From Arenicellales bacterium (lineage in GTDB: Bacteria > Pseudomonadota > Gammaproteobacteria > Arenicellales > JAJDZL01), in the NCBI GenBank assembly GCA_965219265.1, contig OZ244730.1, positions 1,546,501 through 1,610,500 of the forward strand: DNA of 64,000 nucleotides, given 5' to 3'. This document shows, in pieces, positions 19,368-29,140 of the stretch. The notes under the pieces were generated by a model. It had not been told where the DNA came from and made no database searches. It worked only from the letters and a program-made list of their open reading frames with translations. Within the stretch, counting starts at the first letter, position 1. Each line of letters starts with the position of its first letter. Both the position numbers and the translations under genes were made by a program.

Positions 19368-20450
19368 ATGTCGCAACGCGTCGTTCTGCGAAATGTCGCC
19401 AAAACATTTGGCAGTGTATGCGCCCTTAAAACGATAAATCTGGAAATCAAGGAGGGTGAATTCATCACCCTCCTTGGTCCCTCCGGTTGCGGCAAAACGA
19501 CTACGCTTCGACTGATCGCGGGATTCAATGATCCAGACCAGGGTCAGATCCTATTGGGAGACGAAGAAATTACGAATCTTCCACCCCAGAAACGGGAAAT
19601 TGGAATGGTATTTCAGGACTATGCTCTTTTCCCGCACCTCACCATTAAGGAAAATATCGCTTTCCCCCTTCGGGAGCGACGTACTCCGAAGGAGAACATC
19701 GACGACAGGGTAACAGAATTACTTGAACTGGTACGCCTGCCTGGTGTAGAAGCGCGCTATCCCTCAGAACTCAGCGGCGGACAGGCTCAGCGAATCGCCG
19801 TCGCGCGTGCCGTCGCCTATCCGCCAAGAGTTCTACTTATGGATGAACCTCTCGGTGCGCTCGATCTAAAGCTGCGAGAGGCGATGCAGGTAGAACTGCG
19901 TAGAATTCAACAGGAACTGCAAATTACAACTGTCTTCGTTACTCATGACCAAACGGAAGCAATGAATATGTCCGACCGAATCGCCGTAATGAGAAACGGC
20001 GAGATTGAACAGGTCGGCACAGCAAGGGAAATCTATAACTTCCCCCGAAGTTCCTTTGTTGCCGATTTTATCGGCCGCATCAATCTGCTGGATGCAACGC
20101 TATCAAGCAAGTCAGAAGGGGGCGCCGAATTGAAAATACTGAATGACATGAAAATTCATGCCAAAATTTCTACTGAAGATGAATCCACTTTCGGACCTCT
20201 CTGCATTGGCATTCGACCAGAAAAACTTGCTATTGGCATGCCGGGACAGAAAAATGAATTTGACAATCGAATTCCAGGTACGGTCATTCACTATACTTTT
20301 TCCGGCAATCTAATGGATGTTTTTGTCGATGTTGGAGTAGACAAGCCATTCCTGGTGGAACAGAGGCCAGATCAGACTCCATTGGATTCCGGTACGCAAA
20401 TAGAGATTTGCTGGAATGCCCCAGACGCTTTGGTTCTAAGCGCAGAATAG
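19368..20450 (+). CDS. ABC transporter ATP-binding protein, PotA type
   Basis: 360 aa. GPSGCGKTT, LSGGQAQRIAVARA, LLMDEPLGALD, H-loop VTHDQTEA, and a C-terminal TOBE-like extension. Confidence 0.9.
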   Translation: MSQRVVLRNVAKTFGSVCALKTINLEIKEGEFITLLGPSGCGKTTTLRLIAGFNDPDQGQILLGDEEITNLPPQKREIGMVFQDYALFPHLTIKENIAFPLRERRTPKENIDDRVTELLELVRLPGVEARYPSELSGGQAQRIAVARAVAYPPRVLLMDEPLGALDLKLREAMQVELRRIQQELQITTVFVTHDQTEAMNMSDRIAVMRNGEIEQVGTAREIYNFPRSSFVADFIGRINLLDATLSSKSEGGAELKILNDMKIHAKISTEDESTFGPLCIGIRPEKLAIGMPGQKNEFDNRIPGTVIHYTFSGNLMDVFVDVGVDKPFLVEQRPDQTPLDSGTQIEICWNAPDALVLSAE

Positions 20451-20620
20451 TTCAACTATGACTAGACTTTTCCTTTCTACGAATTTTTCTGCTACATAAC
20501 ATTGTTCAAAGTGAATTGTGAACTAATGAATATTTACGATTTCACTACTCAAAATTAGTAACCGTCTACAAGGAATTCTTTCCAACAGTTAATATGAAAA
20601 TTTGTGACTAATTTGAAGAA

Positions 20621-21493
20621 GTGATTCAATTCCCACCAGCCACAGGGGCTATCCTGCTAATGGCAACTTCGACACTGTTTCTTGCTACCATGCAGGCGCT
20701 GGTGCGACACCTTGGACAGGAAATTCACAGTTTTCAAATTTCGTTTGTTAGCAGTGTTGTAGGACTGGTTTTTCTTGTAGTTCTTTCAATATTCAGAAAA
20801 CAGCGTCTATATCGGGCACAACGTAAAAGATTGCTCATTTTTCGCGGCTTTCTACTTGCGATTTCAAATGTAATTTATTTCTTTGCTTTGACGCTGACCC
20901 CGCTTGTTGAAGCTACATCCCTCAGTTTTGTCGGTGTTGTCTTCGCCGTTATCATGTCTGTCATTTTTCTCGGCGAAACCATGTATTTACACCGCTGGGT
21001 CAGCGTAATGGTCACATTTGTTGGAATCATTGCGATCTTGCGTCCAGGCTATATCGAAGCCTCCCTGGGAGTCTATGCAGTCCTGCTGTCTTCGCTGACC
21101 TGGGGCCTGGCGCTAGTCGTTGCAAAAGTGCTTTCTCGTACAGTAACACCCGTCGTGATTCTGACATGGTCACTACTTGTTACCATTTTTGTATCCGTAA
21201 TTTTTGCAATTCCAGTATGGACACCCATGACACTCTTGCAGTCGGTTGAAACGATTTTAATTGGATTGCTATGGGCTATCGGTCAACTCGCAATGACAAA
21301 ATCCTTACAGATGTACGACGCAACGGTCGTAATTCCAGTTAACTGTACGAGACTCGTCTGGGCTGCAGTGATAGGGATGTTGGCATTTCACGAGTTTCCA
21401 AGCTTATGGACAATTTTCGGTTCAGTACTTATTGTGTTTGCCATCATTTATCTGTCGCAGTCCGAGGTACGAAACATTAGGGCATCTGCGTAA
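20621..21493 (+). CDS. DMT-superfamily (EamA-type) transporter
   Basis: 290 aa, about 10 hydrophobic segments in two EamA-like halves. GTG start. Confidence 0.75.
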   Translation: MIQFPPATGAILLMATSTLFLATMQALVRHLGQEIHSFQISFVSSVVGLVFLVVLSIFRKQRLYRAQRKRLLIFRGFLLAISNVIYFFALTLTPLVEATSLSFVGVVFAVIMSVIFLGETMYLHRWVSVMVTFVGIIAILRPGYIEASLGVYAVLLSSLTWGLALVVAKVLSRTVTPVVILTWSLLVTIFVSVIFAIPVWTPMTLLQSVETILIGLLWAIGQLAMTKSLQMYDATVVIPVNCTRLVWAAVIGMLAFHEFPSLWTIFGSVLIVFAIIYLSQSEVRNIRASA

Positions 21494-21618
21494 AATTTGC
21501 AATGCCCTTTGAAGTTACTGCAGTGGCAGTTTTAATCTTTAGAAGTCAATAGTTGTTTCGGAAATATTTTGAAAAATTTGAAGTGTAGGTAACACCGATT
21601 TCTAATTCGACTATTCCA

Positions 21619-21664
21619 AGGAGACAGTTCCGATCGTTGTAAACGATTGTCAACACTGAGGAAA
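21619..21664. repeat. 46-bp dispersed hairpin repeat, copy 2
   Basis: AGGAGACAGTTCCGATCGTTGTAAACGATTGTCAACACTGAGGAAA, between the convergent ends of the DMT gene and the decarboxylase beta gene. Confidence 0.8.
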
Positions 21665-21679
21665 GCGCAGTGGTTACGA

Positions 21680-22267
21680 TCATCGTGGTGTACCAAGGTT
21701 CAGCCTGTCTTTCAAGGCATTGCGAAAAGTTGATCGAGATTCAGCACTGTGAATCGTTGTATATTCAGTCGGATAAATTTCTCCAGGTTCCACATGCAGG
21801 CACACCATCACGGGACCCTGCATGTTTAAAATTTCGTTGATATCCGCTTTGAACTGCGTGCAGTCATCATAAGAAAAAGCATGCCTGTAACCTGCTTCAA
21901 GTGCTAATCCATCGAACTTTACTTTGCTTGTACCCGGAATCGGAAAGTTGCCGTTCACTTCATAGGTATTGTTCTGGCTGACGAAGTGTACAAATTTCGA
22001 GGGTGCCATGTTTGCAACAGTTACCAAGCTTCCAAGATTCATTAGAAGACTGCCGTCGCCATCAAGAACAACCACCTTTTCGTTCGGAGTGCCTAAGGCA
22101 AGACCCAATCCATGCGATGAAGCCTGCCCCATAGCTCCAGTGCATAAATAATTCAACGAATGCGGGCGTATGTTCATCCAATCAAATGCGGTTTGATATA
22201 CCGCTACCACAATTCCATCCGGATAGTGTTCGGCAATAACTTGTAATGCTGCGTCGCGCTTCATCAT
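21680..22267 (-). CDS. TPP-dependent 2-oxoacid decarboxylase, beta subunit (sulfopyruvate/phosphonopyruvate decarboxylase ComE-like)
   Basis: 195 aa. TPP-binding motif VVLDGDGSLLMNLGSLVTVANMAPSKFVHFVSQNN (GDG...NN). Paired with a separate alpha subunit. Confidence 0.75.
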   Translation of the reverse strand: MMKRDAALQVIAEHYPDGIVVAVYQTAFDWMNIRPHSLNYLCTGAMGQASSHGLGLALGTPNEKVVVLDGDGSLLMNLGSLVTVANMAPSKFVHFVSQNNTYEVNGNFPIPGTSKVKFDGLALEAGYRHAFSYDDCTQFKADINEILNMQGPVMVCLHVEPGEIYPTEYTTIHSAESRSTFRNALKDRLNLGTPR

Positions 22268-22274
22268 CGTCGGT

Positions 22275-22796
22275 TTACACTGGAGAAACAGTCAGGAATA
22301 TCACTACAGGATACGAGGTTCTGTATGCTGAGCCAATCAATTCAGAAATTGAAGCTGCATCATCCTCAATTGCCATTTCTATGTGCTTTAGTCCCATTGC
22401 GTCACATGTCGGCTGCAGCATGCGAATACCGACACTAGCAGATTCGGGCATTGAGATTCCTGTTTCCATGCCCTGTAGTCCGACCACCATGACAATCGGC
22501 AACTGGTACTCCACCGCAATTGCCCGAATTGCATTGATCGAGTCCAAGAAACCGGTATGCTGCATCAGCAAGACAGCACGATGTTCGCAGTACGAGAGGC
22601 CGGCGCAGATTGACACGCCTTCATCCTCCTTGCATACCGGCACAAACTGAAAACTTTTGTCAGAAGAAATCGGCCAAAGCACGGTTTCGCAAGTTACGAT
22701 GTCCGGCAACGCAACGACTGTTCGTATATCAGCTTCTTTGAAAGCTTGGATTATCGAGGCGCCCGTTATTGGTGACACACTAGTACGCTTATTCAT
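22275..22796 (-). CDS. TPP-dependent 2-oxoacid decarboxylase, alpha subunit (ComD-like)
   Basis: 173 aa pyrimidine-binding half: ...VVALPDIVTCETV..VPVCKEDEGVSICAGLSYCEHRAVLLMQHTGFLDSINAIRAI.... Its start overlaps the aminotransferase stop by 1 nt. Confidence 0.72.
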   Translation of the reverse strand: MNKRTSVSPITGASIIQAFKEADIRTVVALPDIVTCETVLWPISSDKSFQFVPVCKEDEGVSICAGLSYCEHRAVLLMQHTGFLDSINAIRAIAVEYQLPIVMVVGLQGMETGISMPESASVGIRMLQPTCDAMGLKHIEMAIEDDAASISELIGSAYRTSYPVVIFLTVSPV

Positions 22797-23893
22797 CAGC
22801 TTAACAATTGACGCAAAGTATTAGCAACTTCGCGCATTTCCTCTTCCAAACCAATCGTGAATCGAATACAGTCCGCAAATGCTGGTGAAGCCAGTCTTCG
22901 AGCCAGAATTCCGCGATTCACAAGAGCCTCATAAATCTCCACAGTTGATGGCTCATGGTTTTCGAAATTGGCCAGAACGAAATTGGTCTGGCTTGGGTAG
23001 ACTTTGACTCCGAGTTGGTACAATGCCTCTGTAAATTCAGTTCTGACTCTGGCGTTATAGTCACGCACATGCTGCTTGTACGACTCATCCGCCAGTGCGG
23101 CTAATCCACAATCACAGGCTATGTTCGAGATCGGAAAGGTTGTGCCGATTTTGCGAACGACTACAGAAATTTCTGGAGGTGCGTACAACCAACCCAAACG
23201 AACTCCCGCAAGTCCGTAAATTTTTGAAAACGTTCGAGTCATCACAACATTTTGGTGTTGCTCGACCAAGGTCGCTGGATCCTCGAAATCATTGTTATCC
23301 ACATACTCGTAATATGCGGAATCCAGCACCAAAAGGACATTTTCCGGCAATTGACTCTGAAGCCGTTTCACTTCCGCCTTGGTCAACCAGGTTCCAGTAG
23401 GATTATCCGGATTGGCAATCATCACCATTCTCGTTTTATTCGTTACACAACTCAGAAGCTGATCGACGTCCGCGGTAAACTCATTGTCAATCGCCCGTAC
23501 CGGAAGAGCATCGTTTGCATAAGCGTAATTCGGAATTTTCTGATACCCATTCACACTGCAAATCAATTCGTCGTTTGCCCGAAGATAGGCTCGTGCCAAA
23601 CGAGCCAGCAAATCATCCGAACCACTCCCGCACACAACACCGGCAGGATCCAAGCCGTAGTTAGATGCAATCGCTGTAGACAGGGTTGAATCAGCGCTTT
23701 CGGCATACCTTTCCATACAACTCGCTGCCTCAAGTGCGGCAGTGCGAACTGTAGCGCCTGGTCCCAGCGCACTCTCATTGGATGAGATGTTGATTCTAAT
23801 ATTGGGCCGGGTATCGACATTCATCGATACCATGTAAGGCTTAATGTTGATGAGCCCCGGTCGCGGGTCAGGAATTGCCATGTACGGCCACAT
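22796..23893 (-). CDS. class I/II pyridoxal-phosphate aminotransferase (HisC-like)
   Basis: 365 aa. PLP-lysine motif TFSKIYGLAGVRLGW, plus NPDNPTG and LDSAYYEY motifs. Confidence 0.85.
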   Translation of the reverse strand: MWPYMAIPDPRPGLINIKPYMVSMNVDTRPNIRINISSNESALGPGATVRTAALEAASCMERYAESADSTLSTAIASNYGLDPAGVVCGSGSDDLLARLARAYLRANDELICSVNGYQKIPNYAYANDALPVRAIDNEFTADVDQLLSCVTNKTRMVMIANPDNPTGTWLTKAEVKRLQSQLPENVLLVLDSAYYEYVDNNDFEDPATLVEQHQNVVMTRTFSKIYGLAGVRLGWLYAPPEISVVVRKIGTTFPISNIACDCGLAALADESYKQHVRDYNARVRTEFTEALYQLGVKVYPSQTNFVLANFENHEPSTVEIYEALVNRGILARRLASPAFADCIRFTIGLEEEMREVANTLRQLLS

Positions 23894-23961
23894 TCACACA
23901 GCGTTTATGCAGCTTACCGATGGAAAAACGGGTTTGTGCAAGTATCCTGCAGCACCCGACT

Positions 23962-25314
23962 TCAAATCGAACCGGGAAATTTCGATGCGAGTTCATGCTG
24001 GATGAACGACACTCTGTCTCCATCGCTACGCTCTCCCGCCTCCAGATAAATATCAATTACGGTCTGAATGACGGATTTGACCATTGCAGCATCATTTTTT
24101 GAAGCCTTGGGAATTGACAGCACGGTATCGCCGCCATAGGTAACAATCGGATTTTCTGGTGTGCCTTCTAACACAGGTAGGGATTTGCCTTTTCCCACAG
24201 CTTGGATATCGCGTTTTAGCCAGGACCGAAGCATGCCTACCCCTTCATCAGTTGTGCCAAGATACTCCCGTTTGTGAATATTCATTGCACCTTGACTGGT
24301 CCATGCTTCCCAGTCGCCCGGGTTGCTCTGCTGTTCTTCGTAGCTGCGATGGGCTGTCTGGCCGTAGAAATCAACTGTTTCCCATCCAACTTCGTCGCGA
24401 CTGCCCTGCCGAAGCACTTCGTCATTGTCATTAAAATGGCGCCAGCCGAACTTGCGACTGCTGGTGTCATCGAGCGGAGTTACCCATTTTGTCAAACTTG
24501 TACGTCCGAAAGCTTTGGGTTTATCCATAACTTGAAACATACCACCATTTTGCGCCATATTCGGCAGCAAATAGTCATGAAATCGAAATCGAAGCAAATC
24601 ACCGCTGCGGCGAGCATGAGCATAAACGACTCCACCTTTTCGTTTGCGGTAGGAAACCACAGGCAAATCGACGAAATGCTCAAGTCCGGGAAACTGCGGG
24701 CCACTGATGCGTCCATGCAAGAAGACACTGTGAAAAGGGTCAATGGCGTTCTCTGATTCCTGTAACCAGTTGTTTGGGGAATGGATGGAGTATGGAACCA
24801 GATCATGACCCTCTATCTGCATTGCATCAAGAAAGGGAAATCCCGGTTTTAGATCCGGAGGGCCCATATAAGCGAAAATCAAGCCCTTGAATTCTTTTGT
24901 AGGGTAAGCGCCCTGACAGATTCGATGACGAATGTTGCTGTCAGGTGGCTCTCCGGGAGTTTCCAAAATCGTACCGTCTATATCGAAATGCCAGCCGTGA
25001 TAACAGCATCGAATTCCCTGATTTTCGATGCGACCGAATTCCAATGAAGCTCGTCTGTGAGCGCAGTGTTTATGAAGCACACCAATTCGCTGGCTCAAAT
25101 CTCGGAAAACGACCAGATCTTCGCCAAGAATTTTGATGGCAACTGGAAACCCGCTATCCAGCTGTGAAGACATCGCAACTGGATGCCAGAACCTCCGTAA
25201 ATACTCTCCTGCTGGAGTCGTTGGCCCGACATGTTGGAAGATTTCATCTGGCAGCAGAGGCTGACGAATGGCGTAACCGTTATAAGGCTGTGTAGCCCAT
25301 CGCACTTCAGTCAT
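23962..25314 (-). CDS. Rieske [2Fe-2S] non-haem-iron oxygenase alpha subunit (phthalate-family type)
   Basis: Rieske motif CAHRRASLEFGRIENQGIRCCYHGWHFD. About 450 aa. Start chosen at MTEVRW; the track ORF extends to 25386. No reductase or ferredoxin gene is adjacent. Confidence 0.82.
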   Translation of the reverse strand: MTEVRWATQPYNGYAIRQPLLPDEIFQHVGPTTPAGEYLRRFWHPVAMSSQLDSGFPVAIKILGEDLVVFRDLSQRIGVLHKHCAHRRASLEFGRIENQGIRCCYHGWHFDIDGTILETPGEPPDSNIRHRICQGAYPTKEFKGLIFAYMGPPDLKPGFPFLDAMQIEGHDLVPYSIHSPNNWLQESENAIDPFHSVFLHGRISGPQFPGLEHFVDLPVVSYRKRKGGVVYAHARRSGDLLRFRFHDYLLPNMAQNGGMFQVMDKPKAFGRTSLTKWVTPLDDTSSRKFGWRHFNDNDEVLRQGSRDEVGWETVDFYGQTAHRSYEEQQSNPGDWEAWTSQGAMNIHKREYLGTTDEGVGMLRSWLKRDIQAVGKGKSLPVLEGTPENPIVTYGGDTVLSIPKASKNDAAMVKSVIQTVIDIYLEAGERSDGDRVSFIQHELASKFPGSI

Positions 25315-25536
25315 TTTATATTTCGTCTCGAGTAGATAAACATGAGAATCGATTATAACGAAACCCAACAAATCATTACCTTGCATCCAGTGTGATTCAG
25401 GGCAGCACTAGATAGATTCACAATCATGGAATCTGGAGTAAAATTCGAGTATGTCTTTTACTTTTCTTCCGTCTTCAAGTCCGGCTGGAAATCGGAATTC
25501 CTAGTGAATGCGACCGATGGCCGCGATTAATCTGAG

Positions 25537-25652
25537 TAACGAGAACTACTATTTGAATGCCCAATACAATGAATGAAATAAAAAACTATATCTGCGGCTG
25601 AATATGCACTGCATCGAGACGACTGGACATCTCTTAACGCTACAGACCGCTG
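25537..25652 (+). repeat. diverged, internally deleted duplicate of the 5' end of the ALDH gene (compare 26433..26661)
   Basis: TAACGAGAACTACTATTTGAATGCCCAATACAATGAATGAAATAAAAAACTATATCTGCGG|CTGAATATGCACTGCATCGAGACGACTGGACATCTC... aligns to 26433-26493 and then to 26607-26661. The missing 113 bp is bracketed by GCGGC microhomology in the intact gene. Confidence 0.8.
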
Positions 25653-25703
25653 ATGCCGCTATCAAATCAAACCTCGGTGCCTTGGGATTTGGAGATGTTA
25701 ATA

Positions 25704-26117
25704 ATGACCAATAGCAGTGAAGCGCGCTGGCATCAGCGTTTTGAAAATTTTGAGAATGCGTTTTTGCAATTGGAGGATGCTTACAAGAAAGACAATTACT
25801 CGAATCTTGGATTGGCGGGATTAGTACGGACGTTTATGTTCACCTATGAACTCAGTTGGAAAGTTTTGAAAGACTTGCTTTACTATCAAGGAAGTGACAT
25901 GAAAACTCCGCGGGATGTGATTCGACAGAGTTTTCAAGTATCGTACCTGAACGAAGATGATTGTGAATTATTCCTTAAGGCTATAGACGAGCGTAATAAG
26001 TTAAGCCATATCTATAACAAAGAATAAGCACTGGTAGCAGAAGAGTTGATCAAGAACCAGTTTTTTCCACCACTGGACCGGCTATATCAGACTTTGGAGC
26101 AGATACGTGCAGAATGA
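25704..26117 (+). pseudogene. HEPN-type nucleotidyltransferase substrate-binding protein (HI0074 family toxin) with an in-frame TAA at 26025
   Basis: ARWHQRFENFENAFLQLEDAY...TFMFTYELSWKVLKDLLYYQG...RNKLSHIYNKE*ALVAEELIKNQFFPPLDRLYQTLEQIRAE*. The extended frame ends in an ATGA overlap with the next gene, implying the original ORF ran to 26117. Confidence 0.65.
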
Positions 26118-26435
26118 ATGATGGACTTAAAGATAAACATCGTAAAACGATCTTTAGCATACTTGCCTCTAATGAACGGGTTGAGCGAGTTGTGCTATTT
26201 GGGTCAAGAGCCATGGAGACATTTTCTCCCGAGTCTGATGTTGACCTCATGCTCTATGGCGAACACCTTACTTCTTCGGATCGAGCTCTTCTTTCTTGGG
26301 AAATTGACGAGACAACCATTCCCCAGCGTGTTGAGTTGATTCTAGAAGCAATCTCTCAAGAACGATGAATTTCGCGAGCAAGTCGAAAAATATGGAATTG
26401 AGTGGTATCGAAGGAGAATCCCTTTACATGAATAA
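26114..26435 (+). pseudogene. MNT-type nucleotidyltransferase (antitoxin partner), probably frameshifted near its 3' end
   Basis: ...VVLFGSRAMETFSPESDVDLMLYG (GS...D.D NTase motif). The ORF stops at 26368, but another frame continues ...SLKNDEFREQVEKYGIEWYRR to a TAA at 26433-26435, which looks like the usual C-terminus. Confidence 0.5.
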
Positions 26436-26464
26436 CGAGAACTGCTTTTTGAACGCCCAATACA

Positions 26465-27928
26465 ATGAAAGAATTTAGAAACTACATCTGCGGCCAGTTT
26501 GTGAATGCAGGCGGCACATTCGAAAGCGTTAACCCAGCAACAGGCGAGGCGTGGGCTAGAATGCCTGCGGCGAATGTCACAGAAACACAAGATGCAATAT
26601 CCGCGGCTGAAAGTGCACTGCAACGAAACGACTGGACATCTCTCAGTGCTACAAAACGTGGGAAACTCCTCCATCGCCTAGCCGACCTCCTCGAAAAAAA
26701 GTCACAACATTTTGCGCAACTGGATACCCTCGATTCTGGAAAGCCAATTCGGGAAACTACGATTCAGACTGCTTATATAGCCGAATTCTACCGATATTAT
26801 GGCGGGTTGGCCGATAAGCTTGAAGGGTCGCACCTTCCCATAGATCATCCGGATACAGAAGTCTGGCTTCAACGAGAACCGAAAGGAGTCGTTGCTGCAA
26901 TCGTTCCATGGAACAGTCCGCTGTTTCTTTCCGCGGTAAAAATTGGTCCAGCTATTGCCGCGGGATGCACAATTGTAGTAAAAGCTTCGGAAGATGCTCC
27001 TGCACCGATGCTCGAATTTGCCAAGCTGGTTAACGAGGCCGAATTTCCACCTGGAGCGATCAACATAATCTGTGGCTTCGGCGAGAACTGCGGCAAGACT
27101 CTTTCCTCCGATCCCAGAATTGCGCATATTGCATTTACCGGAGGCCCGGAAACTGCGCGGCATATAGTCCGAAACTCTGCCGTCAGTCTCGCCAGCACGT
27201 CATTGGAACTCGGCGGTAAGTCGCCGTTCGTGGTGTTTGACGATGCCGACATCGAAAGTGCAGTGAATGCTCAACTGGCTGCCATCTTTATGACATCAGG
27301 TCAAAGTTGCGTTGCTGGTTCAAGGCTCATTATTTCTGAAAGAATCAAGGATCAGTTCCTAGATCAATTATCAACATCAGCCAAACGAATTGTCATCGGC
27401 GACCCAATGAACTCCAATACGCAAATGGGGCCGCTCTGTACGATGCGCCAACTCAAAAATATAAATAGGATTGTCTCGGAATCCATTGAATCTGGTGCTA
27501 CGCTGATTGCAGGAGGAAAACAGTTGGATCGACCCGGACAGTTTTATGAGCCGACAATTCTTGACTGCTCCAGCAGTTCTGACGCGCCATCCATAAAAAC
27601 TGAATTATTTGGTCCGGTGCTTTCAGTTCAGTCTTTTGATGAAGAAGAAGAGGCTGTAGAGATGGCAAACGATACACGTTACGGATTGGCCGCGGGAGTG
27701 TTCACCAACAACCTTACCCGTGCACATAGAATGATGAGAGAACTGAATGCGGGAGTTGTCTGGGTGAACACCTATCGAGGAGTATCGCCAATGGCGCCAT
27801 TTGGAGGATTCGGTTTGTCTGGTCACGGCAGAGAAGGTGGAATTGAGGCAGTGCTAGACTACACCACCGCAAAGGCAATATGGCTTAGAACATCAGACAG
27901 TCAGTATCCGAACCCGTTTAGCAACTAG
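26465..27928 (+). CDS. NAD(P)-dependent aldehyde dehydrogenase
   Basis: 487 aa. FTGGPETARHI, catalytic Glu LELGGKSPFVV, catalytic Cys SGQSCVAGSRL, and the C-terminal PFGGFGLSGHGRE. Confidence 0.92.
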   Translation: MKEFRNYICGQFVNAGGTFESVNPATGEAWARMPAANVTETQDAISAAESALQRNDWTSLSATKRGKLLHRLADLLEKKSQHFAQLDTLDSGKPIRETTIQTAYIAEFYRYYGGLADKLEGSHLPIDHPDTEVWLQREPKGVVAAIVPWNSPLFLSAVKIGPAIAAGCTIVVKASEDAPAPMLEFAKLVNEAEFPPGAINIICGFGENCGKTLSSDPRIAHIAFTGGPETARHIVRNSAVSLASTSLELGGKSPFVVFDDADIESAVNAQLAAIFMTSGQSCVAGSRLIISERIKDQFLDQLSTSAKRIVIGDPMNSNTQMGPLCTMRQLKNINRIVSESIESGATLIAGGKQLDRPGQFYEPTILDCSSSSDAPSIKTELFGPVLSVQSFDEEEEAVEMANDTRYGLAAGVFTNNLTRAHRMMRELNAGVVWVNTYRGVSPMAPFGGFGLSGHGREGGIEAVLDYTTAKAIWLRTSDSQYPNPFSN

Positions 27929-27929
27929 C

Positions 27930-29135
27930 ATGACGGAACTGAACAATCGTTCTGATTTGCATGCGAGTGACCAAGCCGCGCTGGAAAAGATATTGGGCGT
28001 TCGACCGCGCTGGAGTTCGAATCGGGTCGCTGCTGAAGCCCTTAACCTGAATCAGAATGTCATACTGCACGCCGGACCTTCTTTTGATTCTACCGACCAG
28101 ATTACTGTTCCCATACTGAATTCTGCTTGTGCGGCCTTGGTTTATGAAAACCGAGCTCAGAATTTTAATGAAGCCAAGCGGATGATACTTGACGGAACGG
28201 TCTTACTGGAGGCTGCGCAGAATTATTCGACCGTCGTACCACTCGCGGGAGTGGTTTCTGCATCCATGTGGCTTCACGAGATTGTCGACCAGAAAAATCC
28301 AAGCAATCGTGCATTCTCTCCGATCAACGGCGGAAGTGGAGCGGCAATGCGCCTTGGAATGTACAGCTCCTCTGTCGTATCTCACTTGAAATGGTTGAAC
28401 GGTGAATTTATTGAAGCACTGAATGAGTGTGAGTTCCAAAATTTGGACTTGATTTCCATTGCTTCGGGCGCACTTGCCGAAGGTGATGATTGTCATGGTT
28501 GCACCGTGGCCGCCACCGCGAACCTGGTTGACCTGTTGCAACCGATGCTCCAAGAAAGCACACCCTGTGGGCTGAAATTCCTACAAGACAGCCCGAGTTT
28601 TTTTCTCAATCTTTGGATGGCAGTATGCAAGTGTATTTTGCAAAGTGGAGCTGGAATTCCTGAATGCAGTTTGATAATTGCAGCCGGCGGCAATGGTTCT
28701 ACGGTTGGTATTCAGCTTGGTGGCCGGCCAGATAAATGGATTACAACAGATGCGCAGGCACCTGTTGGTGACTTGGGAGAATTCCCGAACAATCGTGCTC
28801 TGGGGGCGATCGGTGATAGCGCAATCGTCGATGTAGCCGGATTTGGTGCTATGGCCGTGTCATACTCACCCGTTCAGCAACAGACATTTGAAAATTTTCT
28901 GCCGAATGATGCTGGCAGACTGCCTGAATTGCTGCTTCCTCGTATCCATGACGGATTCGGGGCACTAAATTTACGAACAGGATTATGTGCCCGTGTGGCT
29001 ATGGATAAGAAATCTACACCAATCGTTAGCCTTGGCATAATTGATAACACAGGAGTCGCTGGACGAATTGGAGGTGGAATTTACCGCTACCCCCTTACAC
29101 TGTTCTCTAGAGCTCTCGATAATCTAAACGAGTAA
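27930..29135 (+). CDS. DUF1116-like protein (YlbE/AllH-like); label tentative
   Basis: 401 aa. ...NVILHAGPSFDSTDQITVPILNSACAALVYE...AQNYSTVVPLAGVVSASMWLHEIVD..NRAFSPINGGSGAAMRLG resembles the DUF1116 core as I recall it. Starts 1 nt after the ALDH stop. Confidence 0.45.
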   Translation: MTELNNRSDLHASDQAALEKILGVRPRWSSNRVAAEALNLNQNVILHAGPSFDSTDQITVPILNSACAALVYENRAQNFNEAKRMILDGTVLLEAAQNYSTVVPLAGVVSASMWLHEIVDQKNPSNRAFSPINGGSGAAMRLGMYSSSVVSHLKWLNGEFIEALNECEFQNLDLISIASGALAEGDDCHGCTVAATANLVDLLQPMLQESTPCGLKFLQDSPSFFLNLWMAVCKCILQSGAGIPECSLIIAAGGNGSTVGIQLGGRPDKWITTDAQAPVGDLGEFPNNRALGAIGDSAIVDVAGFGAMAVSYSPVQQQTFENFLPNDAGRLPELLLPRIHDGFGALNLRTGLCARVAMDKKSTPIVSLGIIDNTGVAGRIGGGIYRYPLTLFSRALDNLNE

Positions 29136-29140
29136 TCAAT

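Noticed and set aside
21548-21610. A third, diverged copy of the 159-bp IS1380-end repeat (patches such as TTGTTTCGGAAAT and GATTTCTAATT line up with 12788-12850).
   Set aside because: Only about half the positions match in gap-free alignment of AT-rich sequence. This is too weak to call without statistics.
21680-22796. The split TPP decarboxylase as evidence for phosphonate biosynthesis (phosphonopyruvate decarboxylase).
   Set aside because: No PEP mutase or other phosphonate-biosynthetic gene is present in the window. Sulfopyruvate or another 2-oxo acid is equally possible, so only a generic call was made.
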